Shown: piece after piece, positions 24,710-36,734 of the stretch
Layout of the letters: every line of letters starts with the position of its first letter
How positions within the stretch are numbered: position 1 is the stretch's first letter
NCBI GenBank assembly: GCA_951406725.2
Contig: OX597836.1
Span: 48,546,001-48,610,000, forward strand
Direction of reading: 5' to 3'
From: Octopus vulgaris
Taxonomy: Eukaryota
Length of the DNA: 64,000 nucleotides
Made by a program: the position numbers and the translations under genes
Notes under the pieces: model-generated
What the model was told of the DNA's origin: nothing
Database searches by the model: none
What the model saw: the letters and a program-made list of their open reading frames with translations, nothing else

Positions 24710-25638
24710 TTTATTCATTTCAGTTATTGCACTGTGCCCATACTGGAGCCCTACTTTGACAGGTTTTAGTTGAACAAATCAACCCCAGTACTTATGTTTT
24801 AAAAATTCTGGTGCTTATTTTGCTAAGTTACGGGGAGATAAACAAACTGATACCGGTTCACAAGTGATGGAGGAACAGACATAAACACACACACATGTGT
24901 ATATATATATATATGCTGTGGGCTTCACTCAATTTCTCTCTACCAGATCCTCTCACAAGTCCACAGCAGAAGACACTTACTTGAGGTGCCATGCACTGGG
25001 GATGACCCCAAAACCATGTGGTTGGGAAGCAAACTTCTTACCACAAAGCCATACCCAGTGGATTAGATTTATTTGTTGTTTGACCCAAGGTCAGCTGTAT
25101 TCTTGCAGATCTATTGATTCAAGATGTGACCATCCCAACTTTTTCCTAGGCATAGTGTATTAAGGATTACAGTTTTTCTAAGGTGGTGGGCATGTTTATG
25201 GATTCTGTTTTTCTTCCAATAAATATTTTTCACAACAAGTGACATGGAAGCTTCTTTTATCTTTCACTTGTTTTAATCATTGAACTGTGGCCATTCTGGG
25301 GCACCACCTTGAAAAGGCTTCTTTTTCTGTTGAACAACTCCCTCTTGGAACTTAGATTTTTTTAAGTCTGCTTAGCCTATCAGTCTCTTTTGCTGAATTG
25401 CCAAGTTACAGGGATGTAAACAAACCAACACCAGTTGTCAAGCAGTGGGGTGATGGAGATACACACACACGCTCATATACGATGGACTTCCACACAGTTA
25501 CTGCCTACCAAATCTACTCCTAAGGCTTTGATCTACCCAGGGTTATAGTAGAAGACGCTTGCCCAAGATGTTGCCCAATGGAACTGAACCCAAAACCCCA
25601 TGGTTACAAACAAACTTCTTAACCACAAAGCCATGCCA
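24710..25638 (-). mobile_element. Two diverged family A SINEs
   Basis: Reverse-complement matches at about 24710-25055 and 25257-25638. Confidence 0.7.
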
Positions 25639-25836
25639 AGCATTGATATGATTGAAATTAAAATTAATTTTCTTTTCTTCCAATAAATATTTTCTCACAA
25701 GTGACACAGAAAGTTGTTCATTTTTATTATTTAAATATTTTCAAGCTTTTTTTTTTTCATTTTATAATTTTCAATTTAATATTTATTTTATGTTTTAATT
25801 TTTTTAAAACTTTTTTTTTTTGTTTAATTTTACAAG

Positions 25837-25998
25837 GGTCTCGACTGCGTTTGTATTATTGAGAGTTTAGCTCAAAAACTACGCGAGAACAAGCAACTGT
25901 ATGGTGTTGTTGCAATCACTACTGCCAAGGTACCGATTGTCAAGTTCAAACTGAAAAACAGCAATTTAGAAGGAGATATCAGTCTGTACAACACTCTT
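25837..25998 (+). CDS. TUT4/7: TUT4/7 coding exon 14 (third catalytic Asp)
   Basis: AITTAKVPIVKFKLKNSNLEGDISLYNTL; ACAAG / GTAAGT; phase 0/0. Confidence 0.97.
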
Positions 25999-26062
25999 GT
26001 AAGTTTAAATTAAAACAAATTAAATATAATATTGGGGAGGCTGGGTGGATTTCATCTTTGCT

Positions 26063-26432
26063 TTTATTCTTTTACTTGTTTCAGTCATTTGACTGTGGCC
26101 ATGCTAGAGCACTGCCTTTAGTCAAACGGATCGACCCTAGGACTTATTCTTTGTTAGCCTAGTACTTCCTCTATCAGTCTCTTTTGCTGAACCACTAAGT
26201 TACGGGGATGTGAACACACCATCAGCAGTTGTCAAGTGATGGTGGTGGAGAAAACATACACACACACACACACATATATACAAACGACGGGCTTCTTTCA
26301 GTTTCCGTCTACCAAATCCACTCAGAAGGCTTTGGCTGGCCCAAGGCTATAGTAGAAGACACTTGCCCAAGTTACCACACAGTGGGAATGAACCTGCAAT
26401 TGTGTGGTTGGGAAGCAAGCTTCTTACCACAC
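26063..26432 (-). mobile_element. Family A SINE
   Basis: Reverse complement of the 51304-51691 type. Confidence 0.85.
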
Positions 26433-27334
26433 CTGCCCCCTGCCTTTTTTTTTCCTATAAGAGCTTCTCTTCTTTGATGAAGATGTTGTTTGGCCCCAAA
26501 GTCTATCATGTGGCCAAACAACAACATTGATTGGGGACACTCTGGCTGTGGTCATTCTATATTTTAGTCATACTTAGTATGTCTTGGTTCACTCTATTCC
26601 AATGTGCCTCCCTTCTTATAACACAGTATATTGTGATTTGAGGGAAATTTTGCTGCTATTTCTTGCACAGTATACTGTGATTTTCAGGGTATTTGGTTGC
26701 TATTTCTAGCAGATGAAGTCAGTATTTAGGGGCGCCTTTGTTGGCACATGTTTGACGACAACAACAACTTATTGATTTATTGATTAACTGATCAATAAGA
26801 ACTTTTAATAAAAGCAGGGATGTCCAAGTTGTTCATGTCCAGAATAATAAATGGTGGCTGATTGCTGTATTGATATTGATCAGAGGAAAAAACTATGAAA
26901 TAACCTGTTAATGTAAAAAAAATATGCTGCAGAATGATTTTGTGTTGTTTCAGATGAATTCTTTTTTTTATCAAATGGCACACAGTCTCAAATTGAGAGA
27001 TTTAAGAAAAATTAACTTATTATTCCCTTGTTTCAGTCATTGCACTGTGGCCATGCTGGGGTACCATCTTGAAGGACTTTCTTGACACCCGTACTTATTC
27101 TATCAATCACTTTTGCCAAACTGCTAAGTTAGGGGACCTAAACAGACCAACACCAGTTTCAAGTGGAGGGAGGCACACACATATTCAATGAGCTTTTATG
27201 AAATTCACTTAAAGGTTTTGATTTGTCTGGGCCCCAAGGTACTGCACAGTAGGGCTGAACCCTAGACCACATGTTTGCAAGACAATCTTCTTGACTACAC
27301 AACCATGCCTGTACCTACACACACACCCATATAT

Positions 27335-27556
27335 ATTTCTTTACTGCCCACAAAGGGCTAAACATAGAGGGGACAAACAAGGAAAGACAAAGGGATCAAG
27401 TCGATTACATCGACCCCAGTGCGTAACTGGTACTTTATTTATCGACCCCGAAAGGATGAAAGGCAAGGTCGACCTCGGCGGAATTTGAACTCAGAACGTA
27501 ACGGCGGACGAAATACGGCTACGCATTTCGCCTGGCATGCTAACGTTTCTGCCAGC
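27335..27556 (-). mobile_element. Family B SINE
   Basis: Matches 20960-21192. Confidence 0.8.
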
Positions 27557-28544
27557 ACACACACATATATGTTGGGTCATCCCATGAATAATGCAGTTTT
27601 CATTGTTTTTTTCAATGATTTTTCATGTTTTTCTCTCAAAAGCATAAGACAAACATTATTTCTGAAGCGAAATAGCCAGAGGTGAGATTTGAAATTGTCA
27701 TTCCTTTGTCTCACTGGCAATCAACCTCCAATGGCAGTTGACACAATGTAGTTGTTGTATACTAACTGAAAGCAATGTTTGCTGTTGTTTGGTCCCATGT
27801 CAGCTGTCATTGTGCAAATCTGTGATGCTGTTGTTGTTGTTGTTGTTTAGTCCCAAATCACTCCTGAGATGGAAAACATTCCAGCTTTATTTTGAAAATA
27901 CGGTTAATGGCTCTGGTCCTGTGGGCATGTGGTCAGACTGTCCGAGTAGAGCACCACAAGGCAGATTGTTCAAGCCAAACCAGAAGTCCCTGTCGGTTGC
28001 ACAGAAAAGTGTAATGGTGGATGATTGTGATAGGACCCAATGGAGGAAGAGGACAGGGGGGCAGCAAAGATGGATGGATGGTCACTTGAGGATTCTATGT
28101 CCTTTCTTCAGTGTTTTGACAAGTCTGATATGCACAAGTGTCTTGAGTCTTTTTGATTCCAACATTTGTGAGAGAAACTTCCTATTTTAAAATGATCTGA
28201 ATTAAAGCTTTCCATTGAAGACTCCAGTGAGGTTTCAAACATCAGCTTCATGAGCTGTTACTTCACTAAACTGCTCATTATTTTGAAAACACAAGCAATG
28301 AGGGCAGCATGGGGAGTAGTATTGAAGGGGGTTTTTTCTTATCATTTTTAACTGCTTTGGGAATTGTATTGTCATGATTTAATTTGCAAATTTTCAGATT
28401 ATTTTCTTTGGTCTTCTGATTAATTTTTGTTTAATTATTTATGATGGTAATCAGCATCTGATTTGAATGAAACACTAATAATTAGGGTGTGATACTAAGG
28501 AATTTTGAGAGTATTTGAATATTTCCATCTGTTTCATATATATA

Positions 28545-28712
28545 TAGTTGAAATTTACAGGAAAACAAAAGACCAAGCAGGTGTGTTAGTTTGACACTTG
28601 GGAAAGTGGGAAAGTCTTTTACATTTTGAGCCTATGCTCTTCAACAGAAAGGAATAAGAGAAAATAAACAGAGAGAATGAAAAAAAAAACATGTGGATTT
28701 GGCGATATTTAT
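28545..28712 (-). mobile_element. Penelope-like short repeat with hammerhead-like motif (diverged copy)
   Basis: Minus strand CCTTT-CTGTTGA-A-GAGCatagGCTC-AAAA-TG-TA-AAAGA; same family as 38385-38583 and 63275-63592. Confidence 0.6.
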
Positions 28713-29448
28713 ATTATAGGTACAAATGTGACTGTGTAGTTAAGAAACTGACTTCCCAACCATGTGGTTTTGGGTTCAGTCCCACTGCATGGCACACTGG
28801 GCATGTGTCTCCCAAAGCCTCAGGCCAACCAAAGCCTTGTGAGTGGATTTGGTAAACGGAAACTAAAAGAAGCCCCATTATGTGTGTGTGTGTGTGAATT
28901 GTGTTTATGTATACCGTTAACTTAACATCGCATGATGATTGTGAACAATCATCGGCATCACACAAGTGATATTGTTCATTTCCACTCTGCACAGGGAAAT
29001 ATTACCTTACCTGGAAACAGGTGAGGGTTGATGACTGTTGGCATCTGGCTGTTGAAAATTTCCTCAATCCATGTAAGCATGGCAGATTGGATGCTAAAAT
29101 ATGATGCTATATATGGATTCGATTTTTTTTGTGAGCAAAGTGACTTATGTTCAATTAAATCAAGCCTCATCCTGTCCTGTCCTCAATAATATCATCAATC
29201 AGATGAAAAATTAAAGACAAACCTTTGTAATATTTGAACTGAGAGTGTAGCGGCCGAGAACTAAATCAATAATGTCTCTCAATCACTCCACTGAGCTTTC
29301 ATGTCTGCTAAAATATATTCTTATTGATCCTACGTTAAATTATTCATGACTGACTGGCTTTAAACAACAAAATAGATAGGTTTGTTTTGTTTTTTTTTTG
29401 ATTTTGTGCATTTCTTTATTGATTGTTTTTATTTTTCACCTCTCCTAG

Positions 29449-29538
29449 GCTCAACATAACACGAAGCTATTGAAACTGTATACAGAAATTGACCAGCGGG
29501 TGGCCATTCTTGGGTATGCTTTGAAGGTTTTTGCTAAG
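29449..29538 (+). CDS. TUT4/7: TUT4/7 coding exon 15
   Basis: AQHNTKLLKLYTEIDQRVAILGYALKVFAK; CCTAG / GTAAGT; phase 0/0. Confidence 0.97.
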
Positions 29539-29731
29539 GTAAGTTGCTGGTGGTACTTTCTCCAGTTCTGGAAAGAACATCAGATATTTATGAGTCCTAA
29601 TTTGAAGTAGAAAGAAAAATCAGCCCCACATCTCAAATTAGTGCTTTATGTAATTTCTAGAGAGTAATTTATATGACAGACATGTGGTTAGAATGTTGCA
29701 AAGAAGAATTACTAGAATGATCCTTCAAGCT

Positions 29732-30044
29732 GAGCCAACTGGCAGGAGACTTGGGGGTAGATAAAGAGCCAACTGGCAGGAGACTTGGGGGTGGACCAAG
29801 AGCCAACTGGCAGGAGACTTGGGGGTAGATAAAGAGCCAACTGGCAGGAGACTTGGGGGTGGACCAAGAACCAACTGGCAGGAGACTTGGGGGGTAGATA
29901 AAGAGCCAACTGGCAGGAGACTTGGGGGTGGACCAAGAGCCAACTAGCAGGAGACTTGGGGGGTAGATCAAGGGCCAACTGGCAGGAGACTTGGGGGGTA
30001 GACCAAGAGCCAACTGGCAGAAGACTTGGGGGTAGACCAAGAGC
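29732..30044. repeat. 34-35 bp minisatellite, 9 units
   Basis: GAGCCAACTGGCAGGAGACTTGGGGGT(AGATAAA/GGACCAA) starting at 29732, 29766, 29800, 29834, 29868, 29903, 29937, 29972 and 30007. Confidence 0.97.
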
Positions 30045-31300
30045 AAGATGGTTGGATGACATCCATTGACTCAGTTGGACATGTGTAGGAATCCAGTGAG
30101 AAAGTTTAAAGATGGCATGTTCTAATGGGACCCCATGGAGGTGGTGCCTTCTCCACCGGACTCTACTTGTTAGCCTCACCCAGGACATTATTGTGCTTTT
30201 TGTTTTTATTTTAATAATAAAAAAAAAGGTGTAGGAGAAAAGTTTACAAAGTAATATGATACACCCTTAATTTTAATCTTGACTTTGGTGAAAAACATCT
30301 CTCTTATACATGGAGATTTTTAGTAGTTTTTTTCCTCAATGGTTCTATCCTACCTGTTGCTAATAAGTGCTATGGAGAGGTTGGTAGCGTCACTGTCGCA
30401 AGCAAGATGAACGAGTTCAGGGCTTCTAATTAATGGCAGTCACTAGAATTGTTTATGTTGGAGGTTAACTGATAGGGATTGTATTGATGGTTTAAACAGA
30501 TTTATATATAAAGGACAGGCCTAGGAAGAATGGAAGAAGGAAGGCAGCAAAGACCAATGTCATGTTGCTAGAAGAGTACATAGTAAGAAGAGAAGGTGAA
30601 AGGAGGGGGTTTGCCAGTTGTGTAGCTAGAGAGAAAAAGGGATGCAGTCTGTCCCAGGTAACACTTTTATGAGGGCTTTTGACTTTGCTGTGTAGGTTTG
30701 GGGATCTGATGCAAAGATGCAGATAGCAAAGTGAAGGGCTTGCCTGAGTGGCACACACTCCAGCTATGCCACTGAGGTTTATCAGTGTTGGGTACTTTTT
30801 AGGATCAAAGGTGCTGGATGTTCCAGATTGCACAGCAAAATGTCAGGACTGAACCGAAATGTTGATGAAAAGTGTGTCAAAATGCTAAAAATGGCTGTTA
30901 AGGGTATGAAGTAAGGTTAAATTGCTGGTCCATTTGGTATAGTCACTGAGAGGAGGAAAATATCTGGTGAAATAAAGCTGAAGGTAACCACCCACAGGGT
31001 TGACCAAGTAATACAGGGGTATGTCATACCCAGTGATTGGTGTATCTGTATAATCAATCCCTGCTACAAGAGCAAAGGGGATTCTCTTGAAAGTACAAGT
31101 GATGGTGTTCATTTGTAATCTTCCATGAAAACCTGTCCAGCCATTGAGCTGTTTATGTCAGTACTTGGAAAGAGGTGGGGGTTGGCAGCAGGAAGGGCCT
31201 CCAGCCGTAGAAAATCTGCCTCAGTGGAATTTGCCTGACCCATGCAAACATGAATGATTAGATGTTAAATCATTGATGCTAAATTATTGTTTTTGTGTAG

Positions 31301-31414
31301 GTTTGTGAAATCGGGGATGCCTCAAAAGGTAGTCTTTCCTCCTACGCATACATCCTCATGTTACTGCACTATCTACAGCAGTGTGATCCTCCAGTGATTC
31401 CTGTTCTGCAAGAG
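31301..31414 (+). CDS. TUT4/7: TUT4/7 coding exon 16
   Basis: VCEIGDASKGSLSSYAYILMLLHYLQQCDPPVIPVLQE; TGTAG / GTAAGA; phase 0/0. Confidence 0.97.
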
Positions 31415-31649
31415 GTAAGAACCGGTTCTGCTCCATATTTCAGCCAGTTTGTCTCTTTTGTTTGCTTTATTGTTTCAGTGTCATTCCTGCTGTGTCAGCA
31501 TCTTGGTCAGGTGTCTTCTTTGATGGATCCATGCTAATCATAGCTTGGTCAGTGGATTTGGTTTACAAACTAAAAATGAGCTTGAATGTATAAATAGGTG
31601 TGTCTGTGTGTCCTTAGCCACACAAACTCTGTCTGTCTGTCTCTCTCTG

Positions 31650-31688
<39 letters not shown>

Positions 31689-31777
31689 CTTCACTTTTCT
31701 TCTGTCTTTCCTTCAGTTAATAAGACTTCAGGATTTATTTGTTTTTTTAATGCCTGTCCATCTCTGTCTGTCCGCAG

Positions 31778-31852
31778 TTATATGAGGGTGAGAAACCTGT
31801 CCACTTGGTTGATAGCTGGAATGCCTGGTTCTTTGAAGACTTGGCAAACCTG
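31778..31852 (+). CDS. TUT4/7: TUT4/7 coding exon 17
   Basis: LYEGEKPVHLVDSWNAWFFEDLANL; CGCAG / GTAAGT; phase 0/0. Confidence 0.95.
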
Positions 31853-32680
31853 GTAAGTTTTATCAGATATTTTTCTTTAATGTATATTAAATATTTTATG
31901 TTTAACCTTTCAAAGATGAGCAAGCCGGTCGTTTCTGGGCTCCCTCTTTGGTTTCTCCCTAAACTTTTGCCTTGCAGTTTTCTGAGGAACCAAGTCTTTG
32001 TACCGGTTCAATCGAGTAACCCCTATTCCTAACTTTGTGGCTTTATACTTACCATAGAAATCCATTATTTTTGCTTCATTTTGTTTTTATTTTTGTTTTG
32101 TTTTGTTTCTTTAAAACTCTGCCTGGTTTTCGTTACTGTTAGCATTATTACTGGTACCACCAAAATGGCAAGCCGACTGAATCATTACCAGAAAAACTGC
32201 TTAGCGGCATTGCTTCTGACTTTATGTTTTGAGTTCAAATGCTGCTGGGGTCGACTTTGCTTTTCATCCTTTCAGGGTTGATAATAAGTACCAGTTGAGT
32301 ACTAGGGATCAATGTAAACTAACCTCATCCCCCAAAATTTCTGGCCTTCTCCCAAAATTTGAAACCATGGTTACTACCACTACCACTGAAGAATATTATT
32401 ATTTGGGCCAAGGAGAGAGAGAGAGGCTCTATGTAATCATTTGACCTTCTTTAGAAAAAGCAGTCAAATCTCCCTTAAATCACGCTACATCATCTTTGTG
32501 GTCCCAAGTTCTCTTGCACATAAGAAAACATAGGATGGTCATGATTGGACCATAAATCTACTTGACCTGTGGTTAAACAACAACAACAATTACTATAATA
32601 AGCATTGGCACTATGACCATCATCATCATCATCATCATCCTGTTAAGTACCTCTCTTTCTTTCTCTCTTTTTGTGTGTAG

Positions 32681-32855
32681 AAAAATACCTGGAAGTATTG
32701 TGGCCAGAACAAGCAGTCAGTAGCCGAACTGTGGATTGGTTTGTTTGTGTTTTATACTGAGAAGTTTGATGTCCAAATGGTGGTCACAATCCGACAGCAT
32801 TCGCAGCTGACCAAACTTGAGAAACTCTGGAATGGAAAGTGTCTAGCCATTGAAG
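32681..32855 (+). CDS. TUT4/7: TUT4/7 coding exon 18 (PAP-associated region 2)
   Basis: NKQSVAELWIGLFVFYTEKFD..VVTIRQ..LTKLEKLWNGKCLAIE; TGTAG / GTAAGA; phase 0 to 1. Confidence 0.97.
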
Positions 32856-33110
32856 GTAAGAGGCAAACACCATTCTCTCTCTTGCTTGTGTTTCACTGGA
32901 AGACTGCATGTTGGTATGTGATGTCTGCGTGAGAGGAAGACAAGGTCACACACACACACCATCAGTTTTAAGTTGTGTACACCTCAGCACGTTTCTTCCA
33001 CAGTAGCAGTGAGCGTTTTATTCCTTGTTTCCTATATATATATATGTGTGTGTGTATGTATGTATGTATGTATGTGTGTGTGTGTGTATTGAGACTTGGA
33101 TTTCCTTTAA

Positions 33111-34541
33111 CCCTTTCGTTACTATATTTCTGACCAAAATACACCCCTCATGAGTTTCAATTGAATTCTAAAATAATCATGAATTTAGGCTTGTTTCATT
33201 AAATAACTGTAACTTTTTTACTTATCAACATATTAATGTGATATTTGGAACATAATTAAAGAAAGGGTTCTTAATCAATTCTATTGCATAACTTTTGTCT
33301 CAAAGTAACTTTAATTACAGGTAAATCCAGGTAAATTGAGCAAAAGGTAAAGATATTAAAATTTTGTTTAAACATCACCATAGAAAATGAATCATCAGCT
33401 AATATTCAAATGGGTATGCAACAAAATTTTGATAAAGAAGAATTGTGCACATCACTAGATCATCAGTTGAATTTAATGCACAACAGGTGTACCATAAAGG
33501 TGGAATAAAGTGAAATACTGGAATCCACCGTAAGTTTGACCGAACTAAAGAAATCGGTCAAAAAATAATATACGGTCCTGGTTATGGTATGGAAGTGATA
33601 AATTCCAGACCACATCGTTCCCTAGGCCATGCTGACTAACATTATTTTCCCTGTATAAAAACTAAATCCACAGCAGTACCCAGTATTTGCTTCACAAATT
33701 TTCCAAACTTTGATCCCCCATTTTGTGTTTTGTTTACAATCTGCGTAAATTTGTTTCCACATTGATCACTTCAAACAATAACTTCCAGACCACATCGTAC
33801 CCTAAGCCATGCTGACTAACATTAGTTTCCCTGTATAAAAACTAAATCTACAACAGTACCCAGTATTTGCTTCACAAATTTTCCAAACTTTTGTGTTTGT
33901 TTACAATCTGCGTAAATTTGTTTCCGAAGTGATCACTTCAAACAAGCATACTGAAAAAAATAAAAGTCTAATGGTTTCGCTGCCTAAGAAAGACTATAGA
34001 TAAACTATCTCCCCAGAAAAATTGCTAATAAAAACATTTTTAAAGTTTTTTTACTTCATTCCGATGTAAAACCATCTTTGCTGTCGCCATCGCCGCTTTG
34101 TTTCTTCAGAATCGCTGCTTTCATTTCGGATAAAAAAACATCCTATTCATTATTTTGTACACCACGTGTTTTTGTACCTCATTCATTCTTTTTCTCGATA
34201 TCTCCCTATTTTCCGTTGAAAAAGCTTTAAGTTCGGAATCAATGCTTGATGACATAAAACTCCTATCCATTTTCAAAGTTGAAGAAAAATCGATGCTGAA
34301 AAAAATGTGGAAAAAAATCTCCCAAAATTCACTGAGTTGAGATATCACGTCAAGCAATGTCGGATACTATAACCCAACTATTTACAAAGTGAAATCACTT
34401 GTTTTAACGAATGTACCAACGAGATTTGGGTTCAAATTTATATTTAAATAACAATAGGTTCTCTTGGGTGGGTACGGCCAGGTTGGTATTATGAACCAAA
34501 AAATGTTTGGGCCGGGTACGGCCAGGTTAGTAATGAAAGAG
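33111..34541 (-). mobile_element. Internally deleted piggyBac transposon, copy 2
   Basis: TTAA at 33107-33110 and 34542-34545; TIR CCCTTTCGTTAC / degenerate GTAATGAAAGAG; ends homologous to copy 1; minus strand encodes TKWGIKVWKICEANTGYCCGFSFYTGK (about 33645-33727), a piggyBac DDD-core motif. Confidence 0.9.
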
Positions 34542-35024
34542 TTAAGCAGGGGTGAAGAGGACGCACAACACTGGCAAACCTCAAGAAAGGCAAAATGACT
34601 TTCTTGAGTGACTACAGCAATGGTTTTTGTCTTCCTCTGATATATATCGTGTTTTAACACAAGTCTATGAAGATACTTTATATCAGACAATTACACAACA
34701 TCATGCCTTCTAACGACATACATACATTTAGTATGATACACAAATGGTGATGAATTAACTGTTCAGGTTTTTCATGTAAATAATATTTGACATTATAAAC
34801 ATCACTTTGGGACAGAGAAGAGAAGCAGGCCTGCTAACAAGATTCAAATCTTGCCTGTATGACATGTTACCAGTTGCAATAAATTTAAGTTGGAATGACA
34901 AGCGCCTGTGTTTGTCGTTTGGATTTTGAAATAGATATGTGTACTTATCTTCTGTGTCTAATTGGTGCTTGAAATGTCGTTTCACAAATTTGATCCATTC
35001 ACACTAGTGTGTTGGATTGTAGGG

Positions 35025-35247
35025 CCACATGCCGTGCTTGAAGAGACCTATTGAGTCAAGTACATCAACATCAAAATTGATTCAAATGGAAATTGTAGTT
35101 GTGGTCCCCATGCCGGTGGCACGTAAAAAGCACCATCCAAACGTGGCCGATGCCAGCACCGCCTTGACTAGCACCCGTGCCGTAACATATTGCAGATAAC
35201 ATTTGCTGCATGTGTTTAACTAAATATTCACTTTACATAATTATTGA

Positions 35248-35280
<33 letters not shown>

Positions 35281-35610
35281 AGTTGTGGTCCCCATGCCGG
35301 TGGCATGTAAAAAGCACCATCCAAACGTGGCCGATGCCAGCACCGCCTTGACTAGCACCCGTGCCGGTGGCACATAAAAAGCACTGTCAGATTGTGGCCA
35401 ATGCCAGTCCCCTCTGGCCCCTGTGCTGGTGGTGCGTAAAAAGAACCCACTATACTCTCGGAGTGGTTGGTGTTAGGAAGGGCATCCAACTGTAGAAACA
35501 TTACCAGAACAGATTGGAGTCTGGTGAAGCCTCCTGGCTTCCCAGACCCCAGTCGACCTATCCAACCCATGCTAGCATGGAAAGCAGACATTAAACGATA
35601 ATGATGATGT
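35025..35610 (+). mobile_element. RTE-type 3' tail element interrupted by a 97-bp insert
   Basis: Shared tail ending in (GAT)n; 87-bp duplication around the insert. Confidence 0.8.
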
Positions 35611-36148
35611 GTGTGTGTACGTCCAGTTTATACTTTAGTGTTGTATGTGTTTTATGTTACTTGTTATAATGTGAAATTGAAAGTGAAAGAAATAAAGATA
35701 TCACGTTTTTATATTTAGAACTTGTTGGGTTGAGTCGATTGCTCTGTTGAATGAAAATTTACAGAAAGTCATAGTGGCATGGTGTTGTGCCTCGAGTCAG
35801 GATACCTGAATCACAGAATGCCTACTTTCTGCATATGTAATAAGCATACAAGAAACTGGGGTTGTAAAACAAAAGCAGGTCTAGTTGTGTGGTTAAAAAG
35901 CTTGCCTTTGCAACCATGTGGTTTTGGGTTCAGTTCCACTCAGTGAAAACACAAGTGTCTTTTACTATAAACCTGTAGAGGTTCTTCCATTAGCTTGAAA
36001 TGACCATTCCTTGTTTGGTGAGCTCATGAGATGCTCATGAAGTAATGAAAACTGCTTTGCTGGGTGGTACAAGTTAGTTCCGTCTCTACCAATGGTTCAC
36101 CTCCTCCTCCATTGCTCTCTTGAAAATTCTGTTTGTTTTGTCTTTCAG

Positions 36149-36196
36149 ATCCATTTGATATCAACCACAACCTCGGTGCTGGTTTGTCCAGAAAAA
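36149..36196 (+). CDS. TUT4/7: TUT4/7 coding exon 19 (nucleotide recognition motif)
   Basis: DPFDINHNLGAGLSRK, with the UTP-selecting His at 36166-36168; TTCAG / GTAAGT; phase 1/1. Confidence 0.97.
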
Positions 36197-36642
36197 GTAA
36201 GTCTCACTTTCTCTTGTCTCTTTCCCTTCTGTATCACATTTTTCCTTTCTCTCATTCCTCCCCATCTCTCTCTCTCTCTCATCCCCGCCAAACTCACACA
36301 CTTTGGCTCTGTCCTAACTACTCATGCTGCCAGCAATGTGTGTCTCTGTTTGCATATTTACTCTGTGTGTGTGTTTATTAACTTGCTCTGTATGAGAACA
36401 TATGTGTGTTTTGTTGTGGATTTGTCAGTGCGTGTTTTATCTTTAATGAGTGTGTGTATATTGTTCTGTGTGTGTGTATTTGTGATGGATTTCACTTTAT
36501 GTATGTTTTATCCTTGTGTGTGTGTGTGTTTCTCAGAATGTGTGTAGCTCTGAGAAACGTGACCCACAGACATGTTTCTTTGTGGGTCTTTGCTCTAAAA
36601 CAATCTCTCTCTCTTAACATTTAACCCTCCATTTCATTCTAG

Positions 36643-36734
36643 TGAACAACTACATTCTGAAAACTTTCATCAATGGACGTAATGTATACGGCACCCCTAT
36701 CTCTCAAATTCCCCCGAATTATGAAACACTTGGG
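36643..36734 (+). CDS. TUT4/7: TUT4/7 coding exon 20
   Basis: MNNYILKTFINGRNVYGTPISQIPPNYETLG; TCTAG / GTAGGT; phase 1 to 0. Confidence 0.95.

Noticed and set aside
29669-30188. CRISPR-like array or repetitive protein ORFs
   Set aside because: Units are contiguous with only two alternating 7-nt variants and no unique spacers; no cas genes; eukaryotic intron.
30250-31100. Antisense coding gene in the intron
   Set aside because: Short ORFs with no recognisable motif or splice structure; probably a very decayed LINE that I cannot classify.
36166-36168. A-to-I recoding of the UTP-selecting His codon (CAC to CGC)
   Set aside because: Attractive in a cephalopod, but I saw no complementary sequence nearby and have no RNA data.
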